Virus record (IMG/VR): IMGVR_UViG_2534681604_000013 | Direction: 5' to 3' (one strand) | Origin: a virus | Taxonomy: Duplodnaviria; Heunggongvirae; Uroviricota; Caudoviricetes | DNA: 8,639 nt | In this document: piece after piece, positions 7,137 to 8,639 of the stretch | How the letters are laid out: every line of letters starts with the position of its first letter | How positions within the stretch are numbered: the first letter of the stretch is position 1 | The notes under the pieces: model-generated | Seen by the model: the letters and a program-made list of their open reading frames with translations, nothing else | The model's database searches: none | Told to the model about the DNA's origin: nothing | Program-made: the position numbers and the translations under genes

Positions 7137-7438
7137 CCGAAGGTGAACAATCCACTGTTCACCCTTCACCGTATGTTCACCCGTTATCACACTGAAATTA
7201 AAAGAGAAAAACGAAAGGTGAACAGTGTGAACAATCAAATCAAAAAAAACTTTTTTCTCCCTGTGTGATTTCAGTGCGGAGGATTAATCACCGGTATGAG
7301 TCACACCGGCAGAATGCCGGAGGTGAAGAATCGAATGTTCACCCTTCACCCACTATTCACCACCTATCATACTGAAATAAAAGGAGAAAAAAGAAAGGTG
7401 AACAGTGTGAACAGTTCTTTCGAAAAAAAATTTTTTTC
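7137..7438. repeat. crr (cis replication region): two ~122-bp direct repeats with a 180-bp period, each carrying TGTTCACC/GGTGAACA iterons and an A8-T6/7 tract
   Basis: Repeat 1 about 7137-7258 and repeat 2 about 7317-7438 align with roughly 85-90% identity. Iterons include GGTGAACA at 7142-7149 and 7217-7224 and TGTTCACC at 7155-7162 and 7173-7180. Matches the P4 crr description of two 120-bp repeats separated by about 60 bp. Confidence 0.85.
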
Positions 7439-7575
7439 CTGTACGATATAGCATCAATCCAAGTAAAAATGCGCTTTAATTTCACATTAACTTACAGCCA
7501 TTGGTATACAATTAGGTATACGCACAAAAACTGAATTAAACAAAATCGTTAAAAATCAAAGCAATATAATATTTA

Positions 7576-7595
7576 TTCAAACTCCGCCAGCCCCA
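7576..7595 (+). other. Possible attachment-site remnant resembling the 3' end of tmRNA (ssrA)
   Basis: TTCAAACTCCGCCAGCCCCA resembles the tmRNA 3' end GGGTTCAACTCCCGCCAGCTCCACCA as I recall it (about 18 of 23 positions, with indels). It lies 136 bp past crr, where the int-distal junction of a P4-type prophage is expected. Weak evidence. Confidence 0.3.
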
Positions 7596-7639
7596 AAATT
7601 CTCCATCGGTGATTACCAGAGTCATCCGATGAAGTCCTG

Positions 7640-7675
7640 AAAGCCCGCATGGCGCAAGCCCTGCGGGCTTTTTTG
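7640..7675 (+). terminator. Rho-independent terminator
   Basis: Stem GCCCGCA (7643-7649) / TGCGGGC (7662-7668) followed by T6 (7669-7674). Preceded by a second hairpin, CATCGG (7604-7609) / CCGATG (7626-7631). Could be the trailer of the host gene targeted by the prophage. Confidence 0.65.
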
Positions 7676-8082
7676 TGCCTTCAATTTGTCTCGCAAAATC
7701 TCAAGCAAACTAATTTATTCTGAACTTTTTAAGCCCATTGTCAGTCCCAACGAAAAGAACCATCGTTTTCATTGGGTCTAAAAGCATGGAGACGACTCAT
7801 GGCAATGACGCTCCTCTGGAACATCAGAAAAAACAGCGAGAAACTCCCATGAGGCCAATACCAACACTTTCTGTTAGTTGCCGAGCGTAGGTGGAATGTA
7901 AAGAAAGACAGAGCCATAGAAGTGTGTGCTGACGATATTTCGCACTCATAAAATAAATCAAATGGATACGCGAAAGCGTAGCCTTTTTCTTGGGCTGTGG
8001 CGGCAAAATGGCGACAGCGAATTTGAGTAGTGACAATAAAGAACCATGTAATGCGGATTGCGACTGATGACAAATGCAAATT

Positions 8083-8108
8083 GCCTGATGCGCTACGCTT
8101 ATCAGGCC
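8083..8108. repeat. REP (repetitive extragenic palindrome) element
   Basis: GCCTGATGCGCTACGCTTATCAGGCC matches the enterobacterial REP consensus. A partial second copy (CCCGCATCCGGC) lies at 8169-8180. Indicates chromosomal intergenic DNA. Confidence 0.8.
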
Positions 8109-8332
8109 GACTAACCTCCTGAAATGCATTGTATTTTATTGACATTTCAGGACGAACAAAACATTTACCCCGCATCCGGCAGTAACAATGCGCAATTTAT
8201 CAAGAATCTGAACCCGCGTATTGCGAATTCAGTCTGCTTATGCGGACAAAAATATAATCCTCAAACTCTACCGTTCTCACATCATTGATGATGTAGGCGT
8301 GCATCTGAATAGTAGATGCGAAGTGCCATATC

Positions 8333-8381
8333 TTGAATACTGGTTAGAAATACAGTATAAAAACTGTATATACGTCCAGTT
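8333..8381 (+). promoter_or_regulatory. SOS-regulated promoter: TTGAAT-N17-TATAAA with two LexA boxes
   Basis: LexA box 1 TACTGGTTAGAAATACAGTA (8338-8357) overlaps the spacer and -10. LexA box 2 AACTGTATATACGTCCAGTT (8362-8381) sits at the expected transcript start. Both fit CTG-N10-CAG. AAGAGG ribosome-binding site at 8382-8387. Confidence 0.7.
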
Positions 8382-8396
8382 AAGAGGCAATGCGCA

Positions 8397-8639
8397 ATGT
8401 TCGTGGAACTCGTTTATGACAAAAGGAATTTTGATGGTCTGCCTGGTGCAAAAGAGATCATTTTAGATGAACTGAGTAAGAGAGTGCACCGGATCTTCCC
8501 GGATGCAGATGTCCGGGTTAAACCGATGATGACACTGCCAGCGATTAACACGGATGCCAGCAAACATGAGAAAGAGCGGATAAGTGCCGTCGTTCAGGAA
8601 ATGTTCGAAGAAGCGGAATTCTGGCTGGTAAGTGAGTGA
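8397..8639 (+). CDS. DinI-family protein (79 aa), MsgA/DinI-like SOS-inducible regulator
   Basis: MFVELVYDKRN...FWLVSE has the DinI-family architecture and the characteristic acidic C-terminus ending W(F/L)VSE. Compare E. coli DinI MRIEVTIAK...DWFVSE. Complete ORF with its stop at the window end. Confidence 0.85.
   Translation: MFVELVYDKRNFDGLPGAKEIILDELSKRVHRIFPDADVRVKPMMTLPAINTDASKHEKERISAVVQEMFEEAEFWLVSE

Noticed and set aside
7137-7438. Possibility that the crr direct repeats are a CRISPR array or an IS element
   Set aside because: Only two copies, 122 bp long, carrying replication iterons; no inverted terminal repeats, transposase or cas genes.
7561-7600. Possibility of an intact tRNA or tmRNA gene at the junction
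   Set aside because: Only a roughly 20-nt 3'-end-like fragment is present, without the D-arm or anticodon arm and without a CCA end; at most an att remnant.
7741-8175. Minus-strand ORFs of 144 and 101 aa in the region between crr and the DinI-family gene
   Set aside because: No Shine-Dalgarno before either start, the frames pass through a REP element that is extragenic by definition, and the products have no recognisable features.
8221-8466. 81-aa plus-strand ORF overlapping the LexA boxes and the DinI-family start
   Set aside because: It reads through the promoter and operator and into the DinI-family gene out of frame; no ribosome-binding site.

Overview
This window is almost entirely the conserved core of a P4-type satellite prophage, in reverse orientation to the conventional P4 map. 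Left to right: a P2/P4-type cos 19-mer (86-104); the late operon psu <- delta <- sid on the minus strand (390-2144); a divergent control region carrying six TGTTCACC ori-type iterons and TGT-N12-ACA activator dyads; vis (88 aa); a sigma70-like promoter and a repeat-bearing leader that resemble the P4 PLE/RNA-immunity region; then epsilon-like (95 aa), orf151, orf106 and the 777-aa alpha primase-helicase, its terminator, and the crr (two ~122-bp direct repeats, 7137-7438). Gene sizes and order match P4 as I recall it; none of this was checked against a database. The element appears to end between about 7.45 and 7.6 kb, followed by host-like DNA: a REP element and a DinI-family gene behind two LexA boxes. 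I found no integrase, intact tRNA, CRISPR array or recognisable defence cassette in the window; the variable hotspot of P4-like satellites (between psu/cos and int) would lie left of position 1. The most concrete observation is that psu is cut to 149 aa by a 1-nt frame change in a T5C5 homopolymer; the shifted frame restores a 190-aa reading. I do not see an undescribed system here.
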